From Spirochaetia bacterium (lineage in GTDB: Bacteria; Spirochaetota; Spirochaetia; SZUA-6; Bin103), in the NCBI GenBank assembly GCA_965203515.1, contig OZ241907.1:3840001-3904000 (forward strand): 64,000 nt of DNA, written 5' to 3'. A program made the translations under genes and the position numbers. Shown piece after piece: positions 43,857 through 55,311 of the stretch (position 1 is the first letter of the stretch; each line of letters begins with the position of its first letter). The notes beneath the pieces are model-generated. The model was not told where the DNA came from, searched no databases, and saw only the letters and a list, made by a program, of their open reading frames with translations.

Positions 43857-44901
43857 GACCGGCGGCGACCGCTTCGGGCGCGCGCTGCGCGATCTGCGCA
43901 TATCGGTCACCGATCGCTGCAACTTCCGCTGCCCGTACTGCATGCCCAAGGAGGAGTTCGGCGACGATTACCGGTTCGTGCCGACCGCCGATCAGCTCAC
44001 CGGCTCGGAAACGGTCCGGCTGGCCGGCCTGTTCGCGGACCTGGGCGTCCGCAAGCTGCGCATCACCGGCGGCGAACCGCTGCTGCGCCGCGATCTGGCG
44101 GGGCTGATCGCCGCCCTGGCGCCGCTGCGGGCGCGCGGCATCGACGATATCGCGCTGACCACCAACGGCTTCCTGCTCGAACGGCGCGCGCAGGCGCTGG
44201 CCGACGCCGGGCTGGACCGGGTGACGGTCAGCCTGGACTCGCTCGACCCGCACGTGTTCGAGCGCCTGAACGGTCTGGATCGGCCGCTGGAGCCGGTGCT
44301 GCGCGGCCTGGAGGCCGCCCGGTCGGCCGGCCTGCAGCCGATCAAGATCAACGTCGTGGTGCTGCGCGGCGTCAACGACGGCGGGGTGCTCGACCTGGTG
44401 GAACGGTTCCGCGGGACCGGCGTGGCGGTGCGCTTCATCGAATACATGGACGTAGGCAACCGCAACGGCTGGTCGGCCGATCAGGTGGTCCCGTCGCGGC
44501 GCATCATGGAGACGATCCGCGCGGTCCATCCGCTCGAGCCGCTGGAGCCGGCCTACGCGGGCGAGGTGGCGCGGCGCTACCGCTACGCCGACGGCGCCGG
44601 CGAGATCGGCTTCATCTCTAGCGTGTCGGAGCCGTTCTGCGGCGACTGCACGCGGGCGCGGCTGTCGGTCGACGGCACGCTCTACACCTGCCTGTTCGCG
44701 TGGCGGGGCGTTCCGCTGCTGCCGCTGCTGCGCGGCGGCGCCGGCGACGCGGAGATCGCTCGCGCCGTGCGCGGCGCCTGGGAACGGCGCGACGATCGCT
44801 ACTCCGAGGATCGAAAGCGCGTGCAGGCGTTCACGGACCGCAAGCGCGCGCGCGCCGAGGTGGAGGTGCCCAAGGTGGAGATGCACCGTGTCGGCGGCTG
44901 A
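43846..44901 (+). CDS. moaA: GTP 3',8-cyclase
   Basis: LRISVTDRCNFRCPYC, TGGEPLLR, FCGDCTRAR and C-terminal GG. Confidence 0.95.
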   Translation: MPPETGGDRFGRALRDLRISVTDRCNFRCPYCMPKEEFGDDYRFVPTADQLTGSETVRLAGLFADLGVRKLRITGGEPLLRRDLAGLIAALAPLRARGIDDIALTTNGFLLERRAQALADAGLDRVTVSLDSLDPHVFERLNGLDRPLEPVLRGLEAARSAGLQPIKINVVVLRGVNDGGVLDLVERFRGTGVAVRFIEYMDVGNRNGWSADQVVPSRRIMETIRAVHPLEPLEPAYAGEVARRYRYADGAGEIGFISSVSEPFCGDCTRARLSVDGTLYTCLFAWRGVPLLPLLRGGAGDAEIARAVRGAWERRDDRYSEDRKRVQAFTDRKRARAEVEVPKVEMHRVGG

Positions 44902-45412
44902 ACGGGCCGGCGGCTCCGGCTTCAACCATCTGACCGCCGCGGGGGACCCGCGCATGGTCGACGTCTCGGCCAAGGCCGTCACCGCCCGCACCGCCACGGC
45001 GCGGGCGCTGGTGTCGCTGCCGCCGGCCGTGCAGGCGCGGCTCACCGGCGCCGGCGCCGGGCCGGAGCGCGACATCGTCACCGCCAAGGGGCCGGTGTTC
45101 CACACCGCGCGCCTTGCCGGCATCATGGCGGCCAAGCGGACCGCGGAACTGATCCCCCTGTGCCACCCGATCGGCCTGGAAGACTGCACCATCGACATCG
45201 AGGAGACCGCGCCCGGCGAGCTTTCGATCCGGTGCCGGACCGCCGTCACCCACAAGACCGGCGTGGAGATGGAAGCGCTCACCGGCGCCAGCGTCGCGGC
45301 GCTGACCGTCTACGACATGTGTAAGGGGATCGCCCGCGGCATCGTCATCAGGGACGTGAGACTGCTCCGCAAGTCGGGCGGCGCGAGCGGCGACTACCAT
45401 GCCGGCGGTTGA
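44888..45412 (+). CDS. moaC: Cyclic pyranopterin monophosphate synthase
   Basis: MVDVSAK, LIPLCHP, TGVEMEAL and YDMCK. Confidence 0.95.
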   Translation: MSAAERAGGSGFNHLTAAGDPRMVDVSAKAVTARTATARALVSLPPAVQARLTGAGAGPERDIVTAKGPVFHTARLAGIMAAKRTAELIPLCHPIGLEDCTIDIEETAPGELSIRCRTAVTHKTGVEMEALTGASVAALTVYDMCKGIARGIVIRDVRLLRKSGGASGDYHAGG

Positions 45413-45443
45413 CCATGCCCGCGGTTGACCATGCCGGCGGTTG
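45396..45443. repeat. 16-bp tandem repeat x3 across the moaC stop and moaD start
   Basis: ACCATGCCGGCGGTTG / ACCATGCCCGCGGTTG / ACCATGCCGGCGGTTG. Confidence 0.9.
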
Positions 45444-45739
45444 ACGCCGGGACGACGCCCGTGCCATCCCTCGGGTTGTCCGGCGAACCGGGACCGTGTC
45501 GTTCGGTCCGCATCCGCTACTTCGCCGTGCTGCGGGACGAGCGGGGCCGGCAGGAGGAGTCGATGACGACCGCCGCCGCTACCGTTGCGGCGCTGTACGA
45601 CGAGCTGCGCGGGCGGTTCTCCTTCAGCCTGCCGGCGGACCGGCTGCGGGTAGCCTGCAACGGCGACTTCGTCCCCTGGGACCATCCGCTGCGCGACGGC
45701 GACCTGGTGGTGTTCATCCCGCCGGTGGCGGGCGGTTGA
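45431..45739 (+). CDS. moaD: Molybdopterin synthase sulfur carrier subunit
   Basis: YFAVLR...DGDLVVFIPPVAGG with C-terminal Gly-Gly. Confidence 0.9.
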   Translation: MPAVDAGTTPVPSLGLSGEPGPCRSVRIRYFAVLRDERGRQEESMTTAAATVAALYDELRGRFSFSLPADRLRVACNGDFVPWDHPLRDGDLVVFIPPVAGG

Positions 45740-45777
45740 GGCCGAGGATGGCGGCTGATGCCGAAGGCGGGCGGCTG

Positions 45778-46239
45778 ATGGAGCCGCGCTTCGCGCTCAG
45801 CGACCGGCCGATCGACCCGGCGCGGGAGCGGCGCCGGCTGGCCGACCCGCGCGCCGGCGGCTACGCGGCCTTCGAGGGATGGGTGCGGGATCACGACGAC
45901 GGCCGCGCGGTGGTCGGGCTCGACTACCAGGTCTACCCCGAGCTGGTGCTCCGCGAAGGCGAACGGGTGATCGCCGAGGCGCGCGAGCGGTTCGACATCC
46001 TGCGCGCGCGCTGCGTGCACCGCCGCGGCGAGCTCGCCATCGGCGACCTGGCGGTCTGGGTCGGGGTGAGCGCCGCCCACCGGGACGCGGCGTTCGCCGC
46101 CTGCCGGTACGTGATCGATCAGGTCAAGGACCGCTTGCCGATCTGGAAGCGGGAACACTATACGGACGGCAAGAGCGTCTGGATAAACTGTCAACGCATC
46201 GGGGAGGAGGAAGCCCATGTTCAAGCGATCGCTCGCTAG
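45778..46239 (+). CDS. moaE: Molybdopterin synthase catalytic subunit
   Basis: FEGWVRD, HRRGEL, SAAHR and PIWKRE. Confidence 0.92.
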   Translation: MEPRFALSDRPIDPARERRRLADPRAGGYAAFEGWVRDHDDGRAVVGLDYQVYPELVLREGERVIAEARERFDILRARCVHRRGELAIGDLAVWVGVSAAHRDAAFAACRYVIDQVKDRLPIWKREHYTDGKSVWINCQRIGEEEAHVQAIAR

Positions 46240-47185
46240 CCGGCTCAATGCCGACATCATCCCGTCGGAGATCACCGACCGCGACGTCTACCTGAACCGG
46301 CGCCAGTTCCTGGCGCGCACCGGCGGCGCGGCGGCCGGCGCCGCCTTGGCGCTCGGCGCGCCGGCGCTGTCGTGGTCCCTGGACCGGTCGCTGTTCGCCA
46401 ACGCGGCGCCCAGCCCGTACAGCACCGACGAGGATCAGACCGCCTTCGATCAGGCGACCACCTACAACAACTTCTGGGAGTTCGGCAAGCAGAAGTGGGA
46501 GCCGGCCCGGAACTCCACCGACTTCCAGCCGCGCCCCTGGACGGTGACGGTCTCGGGCGAGGTCGGCGCGCCGCTGACGCTGGACGTCGACGACCTGATC
46601 GGGCGCTTCCCGCTCGAGGAGCGCATCTACCGGTTGCGCTGCGTGGAGGGCTGGTCGATGGTCATCCCCTGGAGCGGCTTCCCGCTCGCGGAGCTGCTCA
46701 AGGCCGCCGAACCGACCGCCAAGGCGCAGTTCGTGCACTTCGTCACGCTCTACTCCAAGGAGCAGTTCCCGGCGCACCGGACCAACTCCTACCTGCCGTG
46801 GCCGTACGAGGAGGCGCTGCGCCTGGACGAGGCGATGAACGAGCTGACCCTGCTGGCCGCCGGCATGTACGGGCAGGAGCTGACCAACCAGAACGGGGCG
46901 CCGTTGCGCCTGCTGGTTCCCTGGAAGTACGGCTTCAAGAGCATCAAGTCGATCGTCTCCATCGAGTTGACCGAAGAGCAGCCCAAGGCGACCTGGAACT
47001 CCGCCAACCCGCGCTGGTACGGCTGGTACTCCAACGTGAATCCGCGCGTGAATCCCGTGCCGTACAGCCAGGCGACCGAGACCCGCTTCGGTGAGAACCG
47101 GCGGCGGCGCACCGAGCTGTTCAACGGCTACGGCGAGTACGTCGCCCACCTGTACGAGGGCCTCGACCTGCGCCGCAACTACTGA
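46217..47185 (+). CDS. msrP: Protein-methionine-sulfoxide reductase catalytic subunit
   Basis: Tat motif NRRQFL, YNNFWEF, RLRCVEGWS and PWKYGFKSIKSI. Confidence 0.95.
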   Translation: MFKRSLASRLNADIIPSEITDRDVYLNRRQFLARTGGAAAGAALALGAPALSWSLDRSLFANAAPSPYSTDEDQTAFDQATTYNNFWEFGKQKWEPARNSTDFQPRPWTVTVSGEVGAPLTLDVDDLIGRFPLEERIYRLRCVEGWSMVIPWSGFPLAELLKAAEPTAKAQFVHFVTLYSKEQFPAHRTNSYLPWPYEEALRLDEAMNELTLLAAGMYGQELTNQNGAPLRLLVPWKYGFKSIKSIVSIELTEEQPKATWNSANPRWYGWYSNVNPRVNPVPYSQATETRFGENRRRRTELFNGYGEYVAHLYEGLDLRRNY

Positions 47186-47196
47186 CGGCCCCGCCG

Positions 47197-47841
47197 GTGA
47201 ATCCGCTCCGGCAGTTCTGGGACGCGCGGCCGGCCGAGCGGGCGCGTCTGGTCAAGCCGATCCTGTACGCGGCGGCGCTGCTGCCGCTGGTCAACCTGGC
47301 GCAGGGCTGGTTGCGCGGCTCGTTCGAGACCAGCGCGTTCGTGGTGGAGGAGGTGATACTGCGCAGCGGCAACTGGGCGATCCGCTTCCTGCTGGCGTCG
47401 CTGGCGGTGACGCCGCTGCGCGGCATCACCGGCTGGAACTGGCTTGCCACCTACCGGCGGCCGCTGGGGCTGCTGGCGTTCACCTACGCAACCCTGCACC
47501 TGCTGGTCTACTTCGGCATCAATCTGGGGCTGGACTTGGAGTTCCTGATCCTGGAGGTGGTCGGCGCCAGCTACATCATCGTCGGCCTGACCGCCTTCGC
47601 GGCCATGGCGCCGCTGGCGGTGACGTCCACCACCGGTTGGATCCGCCGGCTCGGCAAGAACTGGACGGTCCTGCACCGCCTGGCCTACCTGGCGCTGATC
47701 GCCGGGGTGGTCCACTACGCCCTGCAGCTCAAGCAGGCGTCCCTGCAGTTCCTGATCTACGCCGTGATCGGCGTTCTGCTGCTCGGCTATCGAACGGTCG
47801 CCGCCGTTACGCCTCGTACCCGCACGCGCACCCGCCGCTGA
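47197..47841 (+). CDS. msrQ: Protein-methionine-sulfoxide reductase heme-binding membrane subunit
   Basis: LAVTPLR, RRPLGL...H, PLAVTS and W-LHRLAY. Confidence 0.92.
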   Translation: MNPLRQFWDARPAERARLVKPILYAAALLPLVNLAQGWLRGSFETSAFVVEEVILRSGNWAIRFLLASLAVTPLRGITGWNWLATYRRPLGLLAFTYATLHLLVYFGINLGLDLEFLILEVVGASYIIVGLTAFAAMAPLAVTSTTGWIRRLGKNWTVLHRLAYLALIAGVVHYALQLKQASLQFLIYAVIGVLLLGYRTVAAVTPRTRTRTRR

Positions 47842-47869
47842 CGTTCGCGCCCGGCCGACCCTCGGCCGA

Positions 47870-50491
<2,622 letters not shown>

Positions 50492-50502
50492 CGGTTCCTC
50501 GA

Positions 50503-50531
50503 AACCTACGAGCGGATACGACGCAGGTCAA
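50503..50531 (-). promoter_or_regulatory. Putative clpB promoter TTGACC-17-TAGGTT
   Basis: Read on the minus strand. The -10 element ends 11 nt before the clpB ATG. Confidence 0.45.
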
Positions 50532-50545
50532 AGTCCGCCGGCCGG

Positions 50546-50574
50546 TTGACAACCGGCCGGCGGTCGCGTACTGT
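50546..50574 (+). promoter_or_regulatory. Putative nqr promoter TTGACA-17-TACTGT within a 13-bp perfect inverted repeat
   Basis: CCGCCGGCCGGTT-gac-AACCGGCCGGCGG at 50535-50563 spans the -35 box. Confidence 0.6.
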
Positions 50575-50685
50575 CCGCGCGGCGTCTACGGCGTTGCATC
50601 CCCGGCTCACAGAGGTACCACTGGGCGACACGGCCCATCCGCGCAGCGTGGGGAACCGCCACGCGCGTAGACGGAATACGTTGCG

Positions 50686-52044
50686 GTGAATCGATTTCTC
50701 ATCAGACGCGGACACGACATTCGCTTGGCCGGCCGGCCCGACGACGCGGTCGTCGACGCGCCGCTGCCGCCGGCGGTCGCCATCCAGCCGCCCGACTTTC
50801 GCGGCGTCATCGCCCGTCCCGACGTGCAGCCGGGGGACGCGGTCAAGGTCGGATCGCCCCTGCTCCACGACAAGGAGCATCAGGACTTCCTGTTCACGTC
50901 GCCGGTTTCCGGTACCGTGACCTCGGTGGAGCGCGGAGCGCGGCGCGCCATCCAGAAGGTGGTCGTGGAGCCCGACGGCCGGCAGGACGCGGTGGCGTTC
51001 GACCCGCCGGCCCTGGCGTCGGCCGACCGCGGCCAGGTGCTGGCCGCGCTCAAGCGCAGCGGCCTGCTGGCCGCGCTGACGCAGCGGCCGCTGGCGGTCG
51101 CCCCCGATCCGGCGGTGACGCCGCGCGACGTCTTCGTACCGGCCATCGACACGGCGCCGCTGGCCGCCGACTGCGCGGTGCTGCTGCGCGGGTCGGAGGA
51201 TGCGTTTCGGACCGGGTTGCTGGCGCTGTCCCGCCTCACCGGCGGGCGCGTCCATCTCTGCACCGACGGCCGGCTGCAGCTTCCCGAGGTGGAAAACGTC
51301 GAGCGCCTGCTCCACCACGAGTTCCGCGGGCCGCATCCGGCCGGCAACGCGGGCGTCCACATTCATCACGTCGCCCCGATCGCCAGCCGCGCCGATGCGG
51401 TGTGGGTCTGCCCGCTGCAGGGCGTGATCCTGATCGGCCGCCTGTTCGAGACCGGACGGCTGGCGCCGGACGTCGTGGTCGCCTCCACCGGCACCGCCGC
51501 GCCGCGGCGCACGCACGTGCGCACCGTGCTCGGCGCCCCGGTGGAGACGGTCACCGGCGGCCGCGCCGATGGCGAGGCTCGCTACGTCTCGGGCAACCCG
51601 CTCACCGGCCGGCCGGTCGGTGCGGGCGGGTTCCTGAGCTTCATGGACACCTCCGTGACCGTGCTGCCGGAGCACCGCGGCTACAAGCTGATGGGCTGGG
51701 CGATGCCCCGTTTCGGTACGGCCAGCCGCTCGCGGACCTTTCCGTCGGCCTGGCTGCCGGCGCTCTTCGCGGGCCGCGACGGCTTCACGGCCAACACCGA
51801 GCTGCACGGCGGCGAGCGCGCCTTCATAGCGACCGGCATCTATCGCGAGGTGCTGCCGATCGACGTGCACCCCGAGTTCCTGATGAAGAGCATCCTGGCC
51901 GACGACATCCCGGAGATGGAGGGGCTTGGCATCTACGAGCTGGCGGAAGAGGACGTAGCCCTGTGCGAATACGTCTGTCCGTCGAAGATCCGCTGGCAGG
52001 AGATCCTGCGGCGCGGACTCGACCTGATTCAGCGCGAAGCGTGA
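50686..52044 (+). CDS. nqrA: Na+-translocating NADH:quinone reductase subunit A
   Basis: RRGHDIRLAG, SPVSG, GPHPAGN, HGGERA and EEDVALCEYVCPSK. Confidence 0.95.
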   Translation: MNRFLIRRGHDIRLAGRPDDAVVDAPLPPAVAIQPPDFRGVIARPDVQPGDAVKVGSPLLHDKEHQDFLFTSPVSGTVTSVERGARRAIQKVVVEPDGRQDAVAFDPPALASADRGQVLAALKRSGLLAALTQRPLAVAPDPAVTPRDVFVPAIDTAPLAADCAVLLRGSEDAFRTGLLALSRLTGGRVHLCTDGRLQLPEVENVERLLHHEFRGPHPAGNAGVHIHHVAPIASRADAVWVCPLQGVILIGRLFETGRLAPDVVVASTGTAAPRRTHVRTVLGAPVETVTGGRADGEARYVSGNPLTGRPVGAGGFLSFMDTSVTVLPEHRGYKLMGWAMPRFGTASRSRTFPSAWLPALFAGRDGFTANTELHGGERAFIATGIYREVLPIDVHPEFLMKSILADDIPEMEGLGIYELAEEDVALCEYVCPSKIRWQEILRRGLDLIQREA

Positions 52045-52057
52045 CGGCGAGGGGACG

Positions 52058-53233
52058 GTGAGCGTATTCGACAAACTGATCGAGAAGGTGGAGCCGCACT
52101 TCGAGGAGGGCGGCAAGCTGCACCGTCTCTACTACGCGTTCGACATGGTGAAGTCGATGAACTTCTCCCTGCCGACGCGCACGCAGGGCGGCGTGCACGT
52201 CCGCGACGGCATCGACGTGCGGCGCATGATGTTCACCGTCATCATCGCCCTGATCCCGCCGCTCTTGTATGGGATGTACAACGTCGGCTACCAGAATCTG
52301 CTGGCGCTGGGCGCCGAGCCGGGGTCGATCCCGGTGGGGCGCGCGTTCGGCATCGGCCTGCTCCGGCTGCTGCCGATTCTGGCGGTCACCTACGTGGTCG
52401 GCGGCGTGTGGGAGATGGTCTTCGCCATCGCGCGCAAGCACGAGGTGAGCGAAGGCTTCCTGGTCACCGGTCTGCTGGTGCCGCTGATCGTGCCGCCCAC
52501 CATCCCGCTCTGGCAGCTGGCGATCGCCACCTCCTTCGGCGTCGTCATCGGCAAGGAGATCTTCGGCGGCACCGGCATGAACATCTTCAACCCGGCGCTG
52601 GTGATCCGGGCGTTCCTGTTCTTCGCCTATCCGGTGCAGATCTCCGGCGACCTGGTGTGGGTGGCGGTCGACGGCCATACCGCGGCCACCCCGCTGGCGG
52701 TGATCGCCGAAGGCGCGCAGGAGACCGCCGACGTGGTGGCCGAGCTGACCGCCGCCGGGTTCACCTGGTGGAGCATGTTCGCCGGTTCGATCCCCGGCAG
52801 CGTCGGCGAAACATCCACCATCGCCATCATCCTGGGAGCCCTGCTGCTGGTCGCCACCGGCGTCGGCAGCTGGCGCGTGATGCTCTCCATGCTGCTGGGC
52901 GGCGTGGCCATGGCGCTGCTGCTCAACCTGGTGGCGCCGAGCCCGGCCAGCTTCGCGGCGCTGCCGCCGCATTATCACCTGGTGATGGGCGGCTTCGCGT
53001 TCGGCCTGGTCTACATGGCGACCGACCCGGTGTCGGCCGCCGCCACCAACACCGGCAAGTGGATCTACGGGGCGATCGTCGGCGCGCTGTCGATTCTGGT
53101 GCGGACCGTCAACCCGGCCTATCCGGAGGGCGTGATGCTGGCGATATTGTTCATGAACATGTTCGCACCGCTGATCGACCACTACGTGGTCAAGGCCAAC
53201 ATGCGCCGGAGGCTGGCACGTGCGGCACAGTAA
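52058..53233 (+). CDS. nqrB: Na+-NQR subunit B
   Basis: GKEIFGGTGMNIFNPAL, VDGHTAATPL (FMN site), GSVGETS and ATDPVS. Confidence 0.95.
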   Translation: MSVFDKLIEKVEPHFEEGGKLHRLYYAFDMVKSMNFSLPTRTQGGVHVRDGIDVRRMMFTVIIALIPPLLYGMYNVGYQNLLALGAEPGSIPVGRAFGIGLLRLLPILAVTYVVGGVWEMVFAIARKHEVSEGFLVTGLLVPLIVPPTIPLWQLAIATSFGVVIGKEIFGGTGMNIFNPALVIRAFLFFAYPVQISGDLVWVAVDGHTAATPLAVIAEGAQETADVVAELTAAGFTWWSMFAGSIPGSVGETSTIAIILGALLLVATGVGSWRVMLSMLLGGVAMALLLNLVAPSPASFAALPPHYHLVMGGFAFGLVYMATDPVSAAATNTGKWIYGAIVGALSILVRTVNPAYPEGVMLAILFMNMFAPLIDHYVVKANMRRRLARAAQ

Positions 53234-53957
53234 GCCTTACAGCATCGTCTTCGTCCTGGCGGTCACCATCGTCTTCGGGCTGCTGCTGTCGCTGGCCGCC
53301 AGCGGCCTGCGCGGCCGGCAGCAGTTCAACGCGGAGGTGAACGTCAAGCGCAACATCCTGATCGCGGTCGGCCTGCTCGACCGCGACGCGGCCGTCGAGT
53401 CGGTCGAGATCGACGCGATGTACACCGATTCGGTGCGCAGCTTCGCCGTCGACCGCGACGGCGCGGTGATCGAAGGGGTGGCCGGCGAATCGCTCGACCT
53501 GGAGGTGGTGCTGCAGGACCCCGATTCCAGCCGGCACCGCTACCCGGTGTTCGTGGTCGAGACCGGCGGCCAGCCGAGCGTCTACGCGATTCCGGTGTTC
53601 GGCAAGGGGCTGTGGTCGACGCTCTACGGCTACCTGGCGCTGGAAGCCGACCTGGAGACCGTGCGCGGCATGACCTTCTACGAGCACAAGGAGACCCCCG
53701 GGCTCGGCGCGGAGATCGAGCAGGCGTGGTTCCAGGACAACTTCGTCGGCAAGAAGATCTACGACCGGACCGGCGCGTTGCGCACGACCCAGGTCGTCAA
53801 GGGCCTGGTGGAGGACCGCGTCCCGGCCGATGAGCGCCAGTACTACGTCGACGGCATCAGCGGCGCCACCATGACCGGCCGCGGGGTCAGCAACCTGCTT
53901 GAAACGAAAGTCGCCTTATACGAACCTTACTTCCGCAGGCTTCGCGTGGAACGATGA
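53220..53957 (+). CDS. nqrC: Na+-NQR subunit C
   Basis: GKGLWS, ETPGLGAEI and VDGISGATMT (FMN site). Confidence 0.95.
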   Translation: MRHSKPYSIVFVLAVTIVFGLLLSLAASGLRGRQQFNAEVNVKRNILIAVGLLDRDAAVESVEIDAMYTDSVRSFAVDRDGAVIEGVAGESLDLEVVLQDPDSSRHRYPVFVVETGGQPSVYAIPVFGKGLWSTLYGYLALEADLETVRGMTFYEHKETPGLGAEIEQAWFQDNFVGKKIYDRTGALRTTQVVKGLVEDRVPADERQYYVDGISGATMTGRGVSNLLETKVALYEPYFRRLRVER

Positions 53958-53984
53958 GGAGTTGGATGATGACAGGAAAGACCG

Positions 53985-54656
53985 ATGGCTGACGCCGCCG
54001 TCGCGCAGAGCACGAGCGCCGTAGCGCGCGAACCGCTGTTCTCGGCCAGGAACCGCAAGGCGTTTCGCGACCCGCTGATAGACGACAACCCGATCGCCAC
54101 GCAGGTGCTGGGCATCTGCTCCGCCCTCGCGGTGACCACGCAGTTGCGACCGTCGGTGGTGATGGGCATCTCGGTCACCTTCGTGGTGGTGGCCGCCAAC
54201 CTGATCATCTCGGTGCTGCGCAAGCTGATTCCCAACAACGTGCGCATCATCGTGGAGATGACGGTCGTCGCCTCGCTGGTGATCCTGGTCGATCAGGTGC
54301 TGCAGGCGTACGCCTACGACGTGTCGCGGCAGCTCTCCGTGTTCGTCGGCCTGATCATCACCAACTGCATCATCATGGGCCGGCTGGAGGCGTTCGCCAT
54401 GGCCAACCGGCCGTGGCCGTCGCTCATGGACGGGCTTGGCAACGGCCTTGGCTACGCGGCGGTGATCGTCATCGTCGGCTTCTTCCGCGAGCTGCTCGGC
54501 GCCGGCAACATCTACGGCGTCCAGGTGGTCCCGCAGGCGCTGTACGACTCCGGGTTCGTGAACAACGGGTTGATGGCGCTGCCGCCGGGGGCGTTCTTCC
54601 TGCTCGGGCTGCTCATCTGGGTGCAGCGCCTGATCTCCAAGAAGGTGGAGGACTAG
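53985..54656 (+). CDS. nqrD: Na+-NQR subunit D
   Basis: NPIATQVLGICSALAVT and LIITNCIIMGRLEAFA. Confidence 0.96.
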   Translation: MADAAVAQSTSAVAREPLFSARNRKAFRDPLIDDNPIATQVLGICSALAVTTQLRPSVVMGISVTFVVVAANLIISVLRKLIPNNVRIIVEMTVVASLVILVDQVLQAYAYDVSRQLSVFVGLIITNCIIMGRLEAFAMANRPWPSLMDGLGNGLGYAAVIVIVGFFRELLGAGNIYGVQVVPQALYDSGFVNNGLMALPPGAFFLLGLLIWVQRLISKKVED

Positions 54657-54659
54657 CCG

Positions 54660-55271
54660 ATGGCGCTGATCAACCTGGCCGTCCGGGCCATCTTCATCGA
54701 GAACATCCTGCTGGCCTTCTTTCTGGGCATGTGCTCGTTCCTGGCCGTGTCCAAGCAGGTGAAGACCGCCATCGGGCTGGGCTTTGCGGTCATCTTCGTG
54801 CTCGGCATCACCGCGCCGATCAATTGGGCGGTCCACGAGTATCTGCTCAAGGACGGAGCCCTGGGCTGGGTCAGTCCGCAGATGGCCGACGTCGACCTCA
54901 GCTTCCTGAACTACGTCGCCTTCATCGCGGTCATCGCGGTGATGGTGCAGCTCGTCGAGATGGTGATCGAGAAGACCTCGACCGCGCTCTACACCGCGCT
55001 CGGCATCTACCTGCCGCTGATCACCGTCAACTGCTCGATTCTGGGTGGATCGCTGTTCCTGGTGGAGCGCAAGTACACCTTTCTGGAGTCGACGGTGTTC
55101 GGGTTGGGCTCCGGGATCGGCTGGATGCTGGCGATCGTCGCCCTGGCGGCGATCCGGGAGAAGATCCGGTATTCCAACGTCCCGCCGGCCTTGCGCGGGC
55201 TGGGCATCACCATGCTGCTGACCGGGCTGATGTCGGTAGCGTTCATGAGCTTCGCCGGCATCACGCTGTAA
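54660..55271 (+). CDS. nqrE: Na+-NQR subunit E
   Basis: [20 protein letters not shown] and LRGLGIT. Confidence 0.96.
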   Translation: MALINLAVRAIFIENILLAFFLGMCSFLAVSKQVKTAIGLGFAVIFVLGITAPINWAVHEYLLKDGALGWVSPQMADVDLSFLNYVAFIAVIAVMVQLVEMVIEKTSTALYTALGIYLPLITVNCSILGGSLFLVERKYTFLESTVFGLGSGIGWMLAIVALAAIREKIRYSNVPPALRGLGITMLLTGLMSVAFMSFAGITL

Positions 55272-55311
55272 CCGGCGCGACCGCAGGCAAGCTCGCTCAA
55301 GGAGGAATGTC

